Below, in pieces: positions 1 to 8,552 of a stretch of 64,000 nt of DNA. How positions within the stretch are numbered: the stretch's first letter is position 1; each line of letters begins with the position of its first letter. The stretch comes from Actinomycetota bacterium (GTDB taxonomy: Bacteria; Actinomycetota; Acidimicrobiia; Acidimicrobiales; MedAcidi-G1). Location of the stretch: contig JAZADN010000047.1 of the NCBI GenBank assembly GCA_036123585.1, positions 17,375 to 81,374 of the forward strand, in the 5' to 3' direction. The translations under genes and the position numbers were made by a program. Under the pieces are notes generated by a model. That model had not been told where the DNA came from, ran no database searches, and saw only the letters and a program-made list of their open reading frames with translations.

Positions 1-657
1 GTCGTCCACACCCACTCCGGGGAGGCCGACTTCGACGCCTACGGCGAGAACGTGGCCATGTACATCTCCGAGGTTCCGTTTTGGACCCACCGGATCCTTT
101 GGCAACTCCTGTTCTCGGGGAAGTTCGACAAGTACCCGAACCTGAGGTACGCAGTCGTGGAGTGTGGCTCGTTCTGGGTGGGCGACCTGCTGTGGAAGGC
201 CGACGTGAACTTCGGTGCCAGCTTCAAGGTCAAGAAGATGGGCTCCCGGATGAAGGGCCTCATCTCCCGGCTGCCGTCGGAGTACTTCGGGGACAACGTC
301 TTCATCGGTGCCTCGACCATGTCGCGCGAGGAGGTGCGGCGGCGCCACGTCAACGGAATCGACGCCCTCATGTGGGGTACCGACTACCCGCACCCCGAGG
401 GATCGTGGCCCAACACCCGGGCCCGCCTCGAGAACGACTTCCAGGACGCCACCGTCGAAGACACCCGGCGTCTCCTCGGCCTCAACGCGGTGGACTGTTA
501 CGACCTCGACGAGGCCGGCCTGCAGGCCGTCGCCGATCGCATCGGCCCTACCCCGGAGGACCTGGGCCAGTCGCTGGACGCCCGCACACCCCCCGACGCC
601 ATGCGAACGGCCCGCTGGTGGCTGGACGAGTACGGCTGCGAGATGCAGTACGCCTGA
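1..657 (+). CDS. amidohydrolase-family metal-dependent hydrolase (5' end cut by window edge)
   Basis: Frame 1 is open from nt 1. C-terminal motif WGTDYPHPEG is typical of amidohydrolase_2 (ACMSD-like) enzymes. Paralogous to the next gene. Confidence 0.7.
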   Translation, partial: VVHTHSGEADFDAYGENVAMYISEVPFWTHRILWQLLFSGKFDKYPNLRYAVVECGSFWVGDLLWKADVNFGASFKVKKMGSRMKGLISRLPSEYFGDNVFIGASTMSREEVRRRHVNGIDALMWGTDYPHPEGSWPNTRARLENDFQDATVEDTRRLLGLNAVDCYDLDEAGLQAVADRIGPTPEDLGQSLDARTPPDAMRTARWWLDEYGCEMQYA

Positions 658-698
658 GCAGGTGCGGGACAAGGAACGCGAGAGGGAAGGAGTGATGA

Positions 699-2006
699 GT
701 GATGAGTGAGCATCATGTGGTGATCTCGGCCGACACGCACTGCGGGGCCGACCTGTGGGACTACAAGGAGTACCTGCCGTCGAGGTACCACGAGGACTTC
801 GACATCTGGGCCAAGGGCATCAAGGAGGGCGAGCGTCGGACGGCCGAGGCGTTCAAGGACGCCGAACGCTCCCCGCTGAACGTCGGTGTCGACGGCGATC
901 CGGCCGTGGACGGCAACCGTAACTACGACTCCGACCGGCGCTTGCGTGAGCAGGCAGCTGATGGCGTGGTCGCCGCGGTGCTGTTTCCCAACACCCAACC
1001 CCCCTTCGCCCCGGCGGCGGCCAGCCAGTTCGAGGCCCCGGCCTACAGCGACGACATGGACCACCGGTGGGCAGGCCTGAAGGCGCACAATCGCTGGCTG
1101 CTCGACTTCGTGTCGCTGGCTCCCGAGCGGCGAGCCGGCATCTGCCAGATCTTCCTCGGGGACGTGGAAGGCTCGGTGGCCGAGATCGAGTGGGCGGCCG
1201 AAAACGGCCTGCGGGGTGGGGTCCTCGTACCCGGTACACCGCCCGACTCGCCCTTCGAGCCGCTGTACGCCAAGGATTACGAGCCCATCTGGGCGGCTGC
1301 AGAGGCCTGCGGAATGCCGCTCAACCACCACTCCGGCGGGGCGACACCCAGTTTCGGCAACCACTTTCCGGCCTCGCTGGCCATGTTCATGCTCGAGGTC
1401 ACCTGGTGGAGTCAGCGGGCCCTTTGGCACCTCATGTTCTCTGGCGTGTTCGAACGGCACCCCAACCTCCAGTGGGTCAACACCGAGAGCGGTACGGCCT
1501 GGGTACCTGAGACGCTGGCCAAACTGGACTCATTCCACGAGCGGATGAAGTACTCGGAGTACGGCTCGGAGGCCATCTTTGGCGGCATGGCAGTGGCCGG
1601 GATGTCGCTGAAGCCCAGCGAGTATTGGCAGCGCCAGTGCCACGTCGGCGCCAGCTTCCTTCGGCCCAGCGAGACCGAAGTAGTGCGCGAGATCGGTGTC
1701 GACAAGGTCATGTGGGGCTCCGACTACCCGCATATCGAGGGCTCGCATCCCTACACCGACGAGCACCTGCGCCTCACCTTCGGACGGATGACCGAAGATG
1801 AGACGACCAGGCTGTTGACCACGAATGCGGCACGGTTGTACCGGTTCGACGTGGCGGCCCTGCAGGCCCTGGCCGACGAGCACTGTCCGACCAAGGCCCA
1901 CGTGGCTTCGGGCATCGACTACGCCGAGGTGCCCGACACCGGCAAGGGCTGCCCGGGTATGGCACCGCAGAACCAGGTGCCCGCGGTACCGATCGCAGTC
2001 GGCTGA
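699..2006 (+). CDS. amidohydrolase-family metal-dependent hydrolase
   Basis: 435-aa ORF with GGAGG-like RBS (gagggaaggag) upstream. Motif WGSDYPHIEGSHPYT. Start is GTG 699 or ATG 702. Confidence 0.8.
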   Translation: MMSEHHVVISADTHCGADLWDYKEYLPSRYHEDFDIWAKGIKEGERRTAEAFKDAERSPLNVGVDGDPAVDGNRNYDSDRRLREQAADGVVAAVLFPNTQPPFAPAAASQFEAPAYSDDMDHRWAGLKAHNRWLLDFVSLAPERRAGICQIFLGDVEGSVAEIEWAAENGLRGGVLVPGTPPDSPFEPLYAKDYEPIWAAAEACGMPLNHHSGGATPSFGNHFPASLAMFMLEVTWWSQRALWHLMFSGVFERHPNLQWVNTESGTAWVPETLAKLDSFHERMKYSEYGSEAIFGGMAVAGMSLKPSEYWQRQCHVGASFLRPSETEVVREIGVDKVMWGSDYPHIEGSHPYTDEHLRLTFGRMTEDETTRLLTTNAARLYRFDVAALQALADEHCPTKAHVASGIDYAEVPDTGKGCPGMAPQNQVPAVPIAVG

Positions 2007-2917
2007 TGGAACCCGCATCGGAGGGCCTGGAGGCCCTGGAGGTGACGGGTTCGGTTGCCGTGGTCACTGGTGGGGCCAACGGCATCGGCCGAGGAATCGT
2101 CCGAGCCCTGCTGGAGGCCGACGCCACCGTCGTGGTTGCCGACGTCGAGCAGGACGTGCTCGACACCACCGTGGCCGCACTGTCGGCCACCTACCCGGGA
2201 CGTATCAGCGGCGTGGTCACCGACGTCTCCGACGAGGCTTCCACCGACGAACTGGCCGCCCACGTCTTTGCTGCACACGGACGTTGCAACCTGCTGTTCA
2301 ACAACGCTGGTGTGGGCTCCGGCGGAGGCGGACGCATGTGGACGCATGAACCCAACGATTGGCGCTGGTGCTACTCAGTGAATGTGTTCGGCGTGGCCAA
2401 TGGGATCATGTCGTTCGTGGGCCGGATGTTGGAGTCCGGAGAGCCCGGCCACGTGGTCAACACCTCGTCGGGCGACGGCGGCTTCGCCCCGGTGCCCAAC
2501 GCTGGCGTGTACGCCTCTTCGAAGGCTGCGGTCAGTTGTCTCACCGAGGCGTTGGCCCACCAGCTGGCCGAGGACTCCGACCGGGTTGGGGCGTCGGTCT
2601 TCTACCCGTCCGGCGGTCTGATGGACACCGGCCTGTTTTCCTCGCACCGGAACCGTCCGGCCGAGCTAGAGCGGGTAAGGGGCGGGACCGGCCGGTCATC
2701 GATGACCTTCCAGCAGATGAAGGACCTGCTGGAGAAGGCCGGCCGCGATGTGAAGGTCGCCGATCTCGACGAGCTGGGCCGCTGGGTGGTCGAGTGCACC
2801 GCCCAGCGGCAGTACATCATCGGCCGCGACCTGGATCACACCGTCGACCTGCTGCACCGCCGGGCCGACGCCATCGGGGCTCTGGACCTGCCGCCCCACC
2901 ACCAGATGGGGCTCTGA
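2006..2917 (+). CDS. SDR-family oxidoreductase
   Basis: TGGANGIGRG Rossmann motif, NNAG, and YASSKAA (Tyr-x3-Lys). Start overlaps the upstream stop (TGATG). Confidence 0.85.
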   Translation: MEPASEGLEALEVTGSVAVVTGGANGIGRGIVRALLEADATVVVADVEQDVLDTTVAALSATYPGRISGVVTDVSDEASTDELAAHVFAAHGRCNLLFNNAGVGSGGGGRMWTHEPNDWRWCYSVNVFGVANGIMSFVGRMLESGEPGHVVNTSSGDGGFAPVPNAGVYASSKAAVSCLTEALAHQLAEDSDRVGASVFYPSGGLMDTGLFSSHRNRPAELERVRGGTGRSSMTFQQMKDLLEKAGRDVKVADLDELGRWVVECTAQRQYIIGRDLDHTVDLLHRRADAIGALDLPPHHQMGL

Positions 2918-2963
2918 GGTCGATCCCTTCGGACGGTCTCCGTCTACCAGCAGGACCGAACCT

Positions 2964-3842
2964 TCACCGGGAATGGGCGCCTGAAAGGCTGGTCGCCAGG
3001 CCTTCGTCGTTGGCCGGACGGCTGCGGGACAAAAACGCTCCAGCGTCGGCCAGGACGAACTGCCCGGTCACGCACCGGGCTAGGTCGCTGGTCAGGAAGA
3101 CGGCCATGCGGGCCAGTTCGTCGTGGTCGACCATGCGCCGTAGCGGTGTCGACGCCACCAGAGCGGCCACGCGGTCCTCGGTGAACGCAGCGGCCACCGT
3201 CTCGGTCAGCGTGGTGCCCGGTGCCATGGCGTTGACCCGTATCCCTTCAGGGCCCAACTCGACGGCCATGGTGGTCACCAGATGGTTGAGGGCTGCCTTG
3301 GCCGCCGCATAGGCGCTGTTGTAGGGCGCCGGACGGGTGGTCTCGCCGGACGTCACGAAGAGGATGACGCCGTCGCCCGATCCGTCGGCGGGGCGACCGT
3401 CCTCGGAGCGGGCCAGCATCGCCTCGGCAGCGGCACGACCGCACAGAGCAGCCTGCACAAGGTTCTGGTCGACGATGTCGCGCCAGTCATCGCCCCAGGT
3501 GTCGGTGAACGGCCGGGGTCGCCGACCTTTCGGGAGCATCCCCACGTTGGCCACGGTCACGTCGAGCCTGCCTAGGCGGTCGACGGTGGTCGCCACCATG
3601 GCCTCCACAGCCTCATCGTCCCGGCAGTCCGCAGGCACGGCCACTGCGGAACCGGTCCCCTTCTCGGCCTCCGCTTCGGCGTTGATCTCCGAGGTGACGG
3701 CCTCGGCTCGCTCGGGGACTAGATCGTTGACGGCCACCGCGGCGCCGGAACGGGCCAGCCAACGGGCGATCTCCCGACCGATGCCGGCGCCCGCACCGGT
3801 GACCAGCGCCCGCCTTCCCGCGTGGTTGATCGAGATGCTCAT
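2964..3842 (-). CDS. SDR-family oxidoreductase (last gene of the UGSC operon)
   Basis: VTGAGAGIGREIA and YAAAKAAL motifs. Its ATG overlaps the UGSC gene stop (ATGA at 3839-3842). Confidence 0.85.
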   Translation of the reverse strand: MSISINHAGRRALVTGAGAGIGREIARWLARSGAAVAVNDLVPERAEAVTSEINAEAEAEKGTGSAVAVPADCRDDEAVEAMVATTVDRLGRLDVTVANVGMLPKGRRPRPFTDTWGDDWRDIVDQNLVQAALCGRAAAEAMLARSEDGRPADGSGDGVILFVTSGETTRPAPYNSAYAAAKAALNHLVTTMAVELGPEGIRVNAMAPGTTLTETVAAAFTEDRVAALVASTPLRRMVDHDELARMAVFLTSDLARCVTGQFVLADAGAFLSRSRPANDEGLATSLSGAHSR

Positions 3843-4381
3843 CGTGCCCTCCCTTCCGCCGTATGGCCCCCGGTCAGCAGGGCCAGCACCTCATCGACCA
3901 CGCCGTCGGCGCGACGTCGGATTTCGTCGGGATCGACGCCGCCGATGGGGTGGGCCACCGACACCATCCGCAGGTCGGGAAGGCCGAAGTCGGCAGCTGT
4001 CCGGGTAGCCAGGTCGCTCAGGGCGCTGGTGGCCACCAGCACGGTGGGTCGACCGGCCTGCTCGAGGTGGATTGAGTCGTGGACACTCCACGACGTGCAA
4101 CTCCCTCAATCGGCAGTGCCGGTGAGGATGACGTCGACCTCCTCGGCCAATAGGCCGAGGACTTGGTCCTCACAGGCGGTGGCCGCGTTCTTGGTCTCGG
4201 TGCGGACCACGGTTGCTCCGGTGCGGTCTGCCAGCCTTTCGGCGAGTTGCCCCAGGAGCACGTCGGCGTTGGGCTTTCGGTTGTCGAGGATGCCGATACG
4301 CCGTCCGGCTAGGACCGTTGGCGAGGGGGCCAACTCGGCCGGTGGCTGGGCGAAGCCTCCATCAGGTCGGTAGATCAGCAC
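3839..4381 (-). CDS. UGSC-motif selenoprotein (180 aa, in-frame TGA = Sec at codon 92)
   Basis: ORF fragments 4106..4381 and 3839..4042 are in the same frame (339 nt apart). They are joined by TGA (4106-4108) plus 21 sense codons. Read-through gives ...VILTGTAD-U-GSCTSWSVHDSIHLEQAGRPTVLVATSAL... The downstream fragment has no ATG or RBS of its own. selA, selB and selC are present in the window. Confidence 0.8.
4076..4094 (-). promoter_or_regulatory. candidate bacterial SECIS hairpin
   Basis: On the mRNA: UGA + 11 nt (GGGAGUUGCAC), then GUCGUGG-AGUGU-CCACGAC. This is a perfect 7-bp stem with a 5-nt loop containing GU. Confidence 0.55.
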
Positions 4382-5439
4382 GGTCGGCCTTCCGGTTCTT
4401 GAATGGGAAGGGTGACGCTGCGAGTCATACCCCAGCTGGGGACCACAGAGCTGTGTTTCCCTGGCCCGCCGACGACCATGGTCCGCACGTTGTCGGGGTG
4501 CTCCGTCATGGGCACCAGTTCATCGTCGGCCAACTGATCCATCCACGAAGCCCAGGCCCGTAGGCCGAAGGCCCGCTTCAACTCGCCGGCCGGCAGCCGG
4601 GCCCTCTGGAACAGGTAGGACGACACGTCGCGGCGCGACCAGCCGGCGGCCGCGCAGGTGGCGGCGTGCTCGGGGCACAGCAGCACGAAGAACTCGCCCT
4701 GGCTGATGCAGGCGTTGTTCTGGGCGGTGGTGGCCATGGCTGACGCCACCTTGTCGAGGATGCGGGCTGGGTCGTCGGACTCCATGTCGTGCACGTTGTG
4801 GGGAGCCTCACCGCAGTGGACGGTCACCGCCGAGGGGGCCTCCATGCCGATGGCGGATGGGTAGAGAGGCCACGGCGAGGCGTCGGCGTTCTCGGCCACG
4901 CAGAGTCCATACTTGGCCGGGCCTCCCTGGGTTGAGGCATCGCCGTCACCTGGGATGGCTCCGGCCACGTGGAGGAGCACCAGCCGCAGGGCCCGACCGG
5001 TGGTGGCGTTGGCCCGGTTGCCGGGTCCGAGGGCACCGCGGCCGCCGTTGTAGCCGCCGCTGCGGGCCACCTCGCCGTGGACCACCACCAGGGGCGCCAC
5101 GTTGTGGGTGGTGGCGTTGACACCCCGCAGGTTCACCTCAGGGCGGGCCAGGGCCCGCACGGCGGCGACCAGGACCGGCAGGTGTTCGGGACGACAGCCA
5201 GCCATCACCGCGTTGACGGCCAGGGTCCGTCGGGTGGCTTCGCCAAAACGGGGAGGGAGGACGGCCACCACCTCGTCGGGGTCGGTTCTCGGACACCCGA
5301 GGAGCATGGCGTCGACTCGTTCGGTGGTGGGGGCGACCACCGGCAGTCCGTCGCCCCAGCCGTGCTCAGCCATGGCATCGATGAGGTCGGCGTCATCGTC
5401 TACTTGGAGCAGGTCCTCTGAAAAGATGTCTACAGTCAT
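4375..5439 (-). CDS. conserved hypothetical protein, first gene of the UGSC operon
   Basis: 354-aa ORF with high-GC3 coding look. I recognised no family motif (N-terminus ...HGWGDGLPVVAPT...). Its TGA stop overlaps the GTG start of the UGSC gene by 7 nt. Confidence 0.7.
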   Translation of the reverse strand: MTVDIFSEDLLQVDDDADLIDAMAEHGWGDGLPVVAPTTERVDAMLLGCPRTDPDEVVAVLPPRFGEATRRTLAVNAVMAGCRPEHLPVLVAAVRALARPEVNLRGVNATTHNVAPLVVVHGEVARSGGYNGGRGALGPGNRANATTGRALRLVLLHVAGAIPGDGDASTQGGPAKYGLCVAENADASPWPLYPSAIGMEAPSAVTVHCGEAPHNVHDMESDDPARILDKVASAMATTAQNNACISQGEFFVLLCPEHAATCAAAGWSRRDVSSYLFQRARLPAGELKRAFGLRAWASWMDQLADDELVPMTEHPDNVRTMVVGGPGKHSSVVPSWGMTRSVTLPIQEPEGRPC

Positions 5440-5491
5440 CAGTCATAAGTCTGACAGGTGTTGACACCCGGGGCAAGGCCCGCTTGAATCG

Positions 5492-6103
5492 ATGGGCATG
5501 GCGGCACGTCGCGGGGTCACGGCTGAACAGGTGGTCGAGGCCGCGCTTTCCCTGTTGGACGAGGCCGGGCGACTCGATGCAGTGCGTCCCGCGTCGGTGG
5601 CCGGACGGCTCGGCATCCGCAGCCAGTCGCTTTATGCCCATGTGGACGGCGTTGACGGCCTGCGGCGCCTGCTCGCTCTGCGGTGTCTCAGCGACTTGTC
5701 CGAGGTGGTCACGATGGCTGCCGTCGGCCGGTCGGGGCGTGACGCCGTGGAGGCCATCGTCCGGGCTCAACTCGATTTCGCGCTCGTCCATCCAGGTCGG
5801 TCCGAGGCCGCCCTCCACCCGCCGGGTGACGACCCTGATCTGGCGGTGGCCATCGACAGGGCCGGCGGTCCACTTCGCACCGTTCTGGCCAGCCTCGGTC
5901 TCGATGACGAAGCCCGGGTCCACTGGGTCCGGCTTCAGCTGGCCCTGACTGCGGGCTATTCGTCCCTGGTTCGAGACGGTCGCCTCACCCTGTCCCCGGA
6001 ACCGTCGACCACCGTCGACCACCTGGTGGCGGCGATGCTCGATCAGCTGCCCGACTTGTCATCCGGCCAGCCTCCTATCGGACAAGAGATCGCTCGCATA
6101 TAG
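5492..6103 (+). CDS. TetR/AcrR-family transcriptional regulator
   Basis: N-terminal HTH region (VTAEQVVEAALSLLDEAG...VAGRLGIRSQSLYAHV). Divergent from the UGSC operon. The start may be the second ATG at 5498. Confidence 0.8.
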   Translation: MGMAARRGVTAEQVVEAALSLLDEAGRLDAVRPASVAGRLGIRSQSLYAHVDGVDGLRRLLALRCLSDLSEVVTMAAVGRSGRDAVEAIVRAQLDFALVHPGRSEAALHPPGDDPDLAVAIDRAGGPLRTVLASLGLDDEARVHWVRLQLALTAGYSSLVRDGRLTLSPEPSTTVDHLVAAMLDQLPDLSSGQPPIGQEIARI

Positions 6104-6223
6104 CCGAGGACCAACTGCTCGTCTTGCCCTGCCCGCCGACTCTCCTGGCCGTCCCGTGATGGACCGTCGGGAGGTCTGCGTCTACCGTCGCGTGGGAACG
6201 GTGAACTCGAGGAGGCAGACGCC

Positions 6224-7636
6224 ATGCGACGACTGATGAGCATTCGGATCGGTGCGCTGCTGGCGATCGCTCTGGTGGCCGCGGCCTGCGGTGGAGGGGA
6301 GTCGGCCGACCCGGCGCCGACCACCGCAGTCCCTACAACGGCTGCTCCGACCACGACGGCTGCTCCGACCACCACTGAGCCGCCCGACGAGCCGCTGGTC
6401 ACCACAACCACCGCACCGGTCGAGACCACGACGACCACGACCATCGTCCTCACCGACTCGTTCCGCGGTGTCACGGCTGAGACCATCAAGCTCGGGTTCG
6501 CTTCGATCGACTTCGAGTACTTCAACGAGACCTTTGGCTTCAACCTCACCTATGCGAACTACGACGACACGGTCGACGTGTATGTCGAGTACATCAACGC
6601 GACGGGAGGGATCGTCGGACGGATGGTCGAAGTTGTCCACGCCCACTTCCTGCCCGTCGGCCCGGTGACTGCCGAGGCGGCCTGCATCGAACTCACCCAG
6701 GACCACCAGGTGTTCGCCGTAATGAACGGATTCGCCGGGCCCGGCGCCGAAAACGTCAACGCCTGCTTCAGTGCCACCTACGACACAATTCTGGTGGGTG
6801 GTAAGCCGACCCCAGAGCAACTCGAGCAGTCGACCGCTCCATGGATCTCCTACGACATCAGCCTCGGACGCCGTGGTCGGGCCTTCGTGAATCTGCTGGA
6901 GGAGACAGGAGAACTCGGTGGCCTTGGACCGGTCATGGTGTTGGGCGCCAATGTCGAGTACGAGCCGATGATGGCCGATGTCAAGGATGCATTGTCCTCT
7001 GCGGGAGCCGAGGTGCCGATCTCCGTGGCTAACCCCGACACGGGCGACGAGACGGCGACGATCGCTTACCTCGAGGTGCTCCTCGAGCGAGCCCGTGGGG
7101 AGGGCGTGTCGACGATCTTCGTGGTGGGCGAGGCCGAATACGCCCTGCAGTACCTGTTCAGTATGGGCGACGAGTTCACCGTGCTCATCCTCAATGGCGA
7201 CTCGGCGAACAGTTGGGCCACCGCGCCCCCCGAGGGCATCGAGCGGTCGGGTCGCCTGCTAACCAACAAGTCCTTCGAATCGCGTGGGGACGCTGACGTG
7301 GCCGACTGCCTGGCCATCGTTGAGGCCGGACTCGGCCACGAGGTTCTGTCCCCCGACCTGCTGCAGGAAGGTGAGAAGAACTACTGGGCTGCCCTGCAGA
7401 ACACTTGCAAGTCGTTCGAGTTGTTCCGCCATATCGCCACGGCCGCCGGGCCTGACCTCACCAACGACTCGTTCCGGACCGCAGCCGAGGCGTTGGGTGC
7501 GTTTTCGTTCACCGGCGTGCCCTATGCCTCGTTGGGGCCGGGCAAGGCAGATGCCCGCGACACCCTGAGCCTCGCCGAGTGGGACCACGAGGCCGGAGTC
7601 TGGATGGCGCTTTCGCCTCCGGTCAACGTCCGCTGA
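6224..7636 (+). CDS. ABC-transporter substrate-binding lipoprotein (branched-chain amino acid type periplasmic binding fold)
   Basis: Signal peptide plus lipobox (LVAAACGGG) and a Thr/Pro-rich linker. The family assignment rests on overall resemblance only. Confidence 0.6.
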   Translation: MRRLMSIRIGALLAIALVAAACGGGESADPAPTTAVPTTAAPTTTAAPTTTEPPDEPLVTTTTAPVETTTTTTIVLTDSFRGVTAETIKLGFASIDFEYFNETFGFNLTYANYDDTVDVYVEYINATGGIVGRMVEVVHAHFLPVGPVTAEAACIELTQDHQVFAVMNGFAGPGAENVNACFSATYDTILVGGKPTPEQLEQSTAPWISYDISLGRRGRAFVNLLEETGELGGLGPVMVLGANVEYEPMMADVKDALSSAGAEVPISVANPDTGDETATIAYLEVLLERARGEGVSTIFVVGEAEYALQYLFSMGDEFTVLILNGDSANSWATAPPEGIERSGRLLTNKSFESRGDADVADCLAIVEAGLGHEVLSPDLLQEGEKNYWAALQNTCKSFELFRHIATAAGPDLTNDSFRTAAEALGAFSFTGVPYASLGPGKADARDTLSLAEWDHEAGVWMALSPPVNVR

Positions 7637-7731
7637 TCTCGGGGCTCTGGGCACCAAGCCCGGTTGTTTCCAGGCGCTGGTGGTCAGGAACGCGACGATG
7701 CCCAGACCCTGGGGTCCGGACATCGTCGGGG

Positions 7732-7821
7732 TGGCGGAAGGTGTGGGATTCGAACCCACGGTGACCCGGAGGCCACAACGGCTTTCGAGGCCGCCCCATT
7801 CGTCCGCTCTGGCAACCTTCC
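7732..7821 (-). tRNA. tRNA-Ser (anticodon CGA)
   Basis: Reverse complement reads GGAAGGT...CGGC-CUCGAAA-GCCG..., with a long variable arm, GTGGGTTCGAATCCCAC T-arm, ACCTTCC-G-CCA end. 90 nt. Confidence 0.9.
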
Positions 7822-7890
7822 ACCGACGAGGCTACTGAGGCCCCCCGGACCGCCCAACCGGAACGAGCCGTGGCTGCAAGGGTACGTGGG

Positions 7891-8370
7891 TCAGCGGCGG
7901 TCATTGAAGAAGTCGGTGAGTAGGGCAGCGCACTCGTCGGCCCGAACGCCGAAGACGGTGGGGACCTCGTGGTTGAGGCGGGGGTCAGCTCCCAGGTGGT
8001 AAAGGCTTCCCATTGCTCCAGCATCGTCGTTGGTCGCTCCCCAGACGACCCGACCGAGTCGTGAGGCCCATGCCGCACCGGCGCACATCGGGCAGGGCTC
8101 CAGCGTCACCAACAGCGTGGCGGCTTCGAGGCGCCAGGAGCCGAGGGCCTCCGCGGCATCGCGCAGGGCAAGGACCTCGGCGTGGGCGGTGGGGTCGCCG
8201 GTGGCCTCGCGTTCGTTGTGGCGACGAGACACCACCACGCCGTCGACCACCACCACGGCGCCAACCGGGACGTCGCCAGCCTCGCGGGCCGCCGTGGCCT
8301 CCTCCAGGGCCACGCCCATCCAGGCGTCTAGATCGTCCCGGCTTCCTGAGTGGTGCTCGACATCGTCCAC
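7891..8370 (-). CDS. tadA: tRNA-specific adenosine deaminase
   Basis: HAEVLALRDAA and PCPMCAGA zinc motifs. N-terminus DAWMGVALEEA...VPVGAVVV aligns with E. coli TadA. I chose the GTG at 8370. The track ORF extending to 8658 runs through a tandem repeat and the SRP RNA. Confidence 0.8.
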   Translation of the reverse strand: MDDVEHHSGSRDDLDAWMGVALEEATAAREAGDVPVGAVVVVDGVVVSRRHNEREATGDPTAHAEVLALRDAAEALGSWRLEAATLLVTLEPCPMCAGAAWASRLGRVVWGATNDDAGAMGSLYHLGADPRLNHEVPTVFGVRADECAALLTDFFNDRR

Positions 8371-8396
8371 GGGTCGACGATACGCGGGACCGCGGG

Positions 8397-8546
8397 GCGC
8401 GACCGCACCCGTCCCATGTCCGAGGCCGGGCGCGACCGCACCCGTCCCATGTCCGAGGCCGGGCGCGAAGGCACCCGTCCCATGTCCGAGGCCGGGCGCG
8501 AAGGCACCCGTCCCATGTCCGAGGCCGGGCGCGAAGGCACCCGTCC
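8397..8546. repeat. 33-bp tandem repeat, about 4.5 copies (two sequence variants)
   Basis: The unit gcgcga(cc/ag)gcacccgtcccatgtccgaggccgg repeats head-to-tail at 8397, 8430, 8463 and 8496, with a partial copy at 8529. Confidence 0.9.
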
Positions 8547-8552
8547 TCGAGC

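Noticed and set aside
5393-6022. 209-aa minus-strand ORF
   Set aside because: It is antisense to the TetR gene, which has a clear HTH region on the plus strand.
8397-8546. Possible CRISPR array
   Set aside because: The repeats are directly contiguous with no spacers, the unit is not palindromic, and no cas genes are present. It is a simple tandem repeat.
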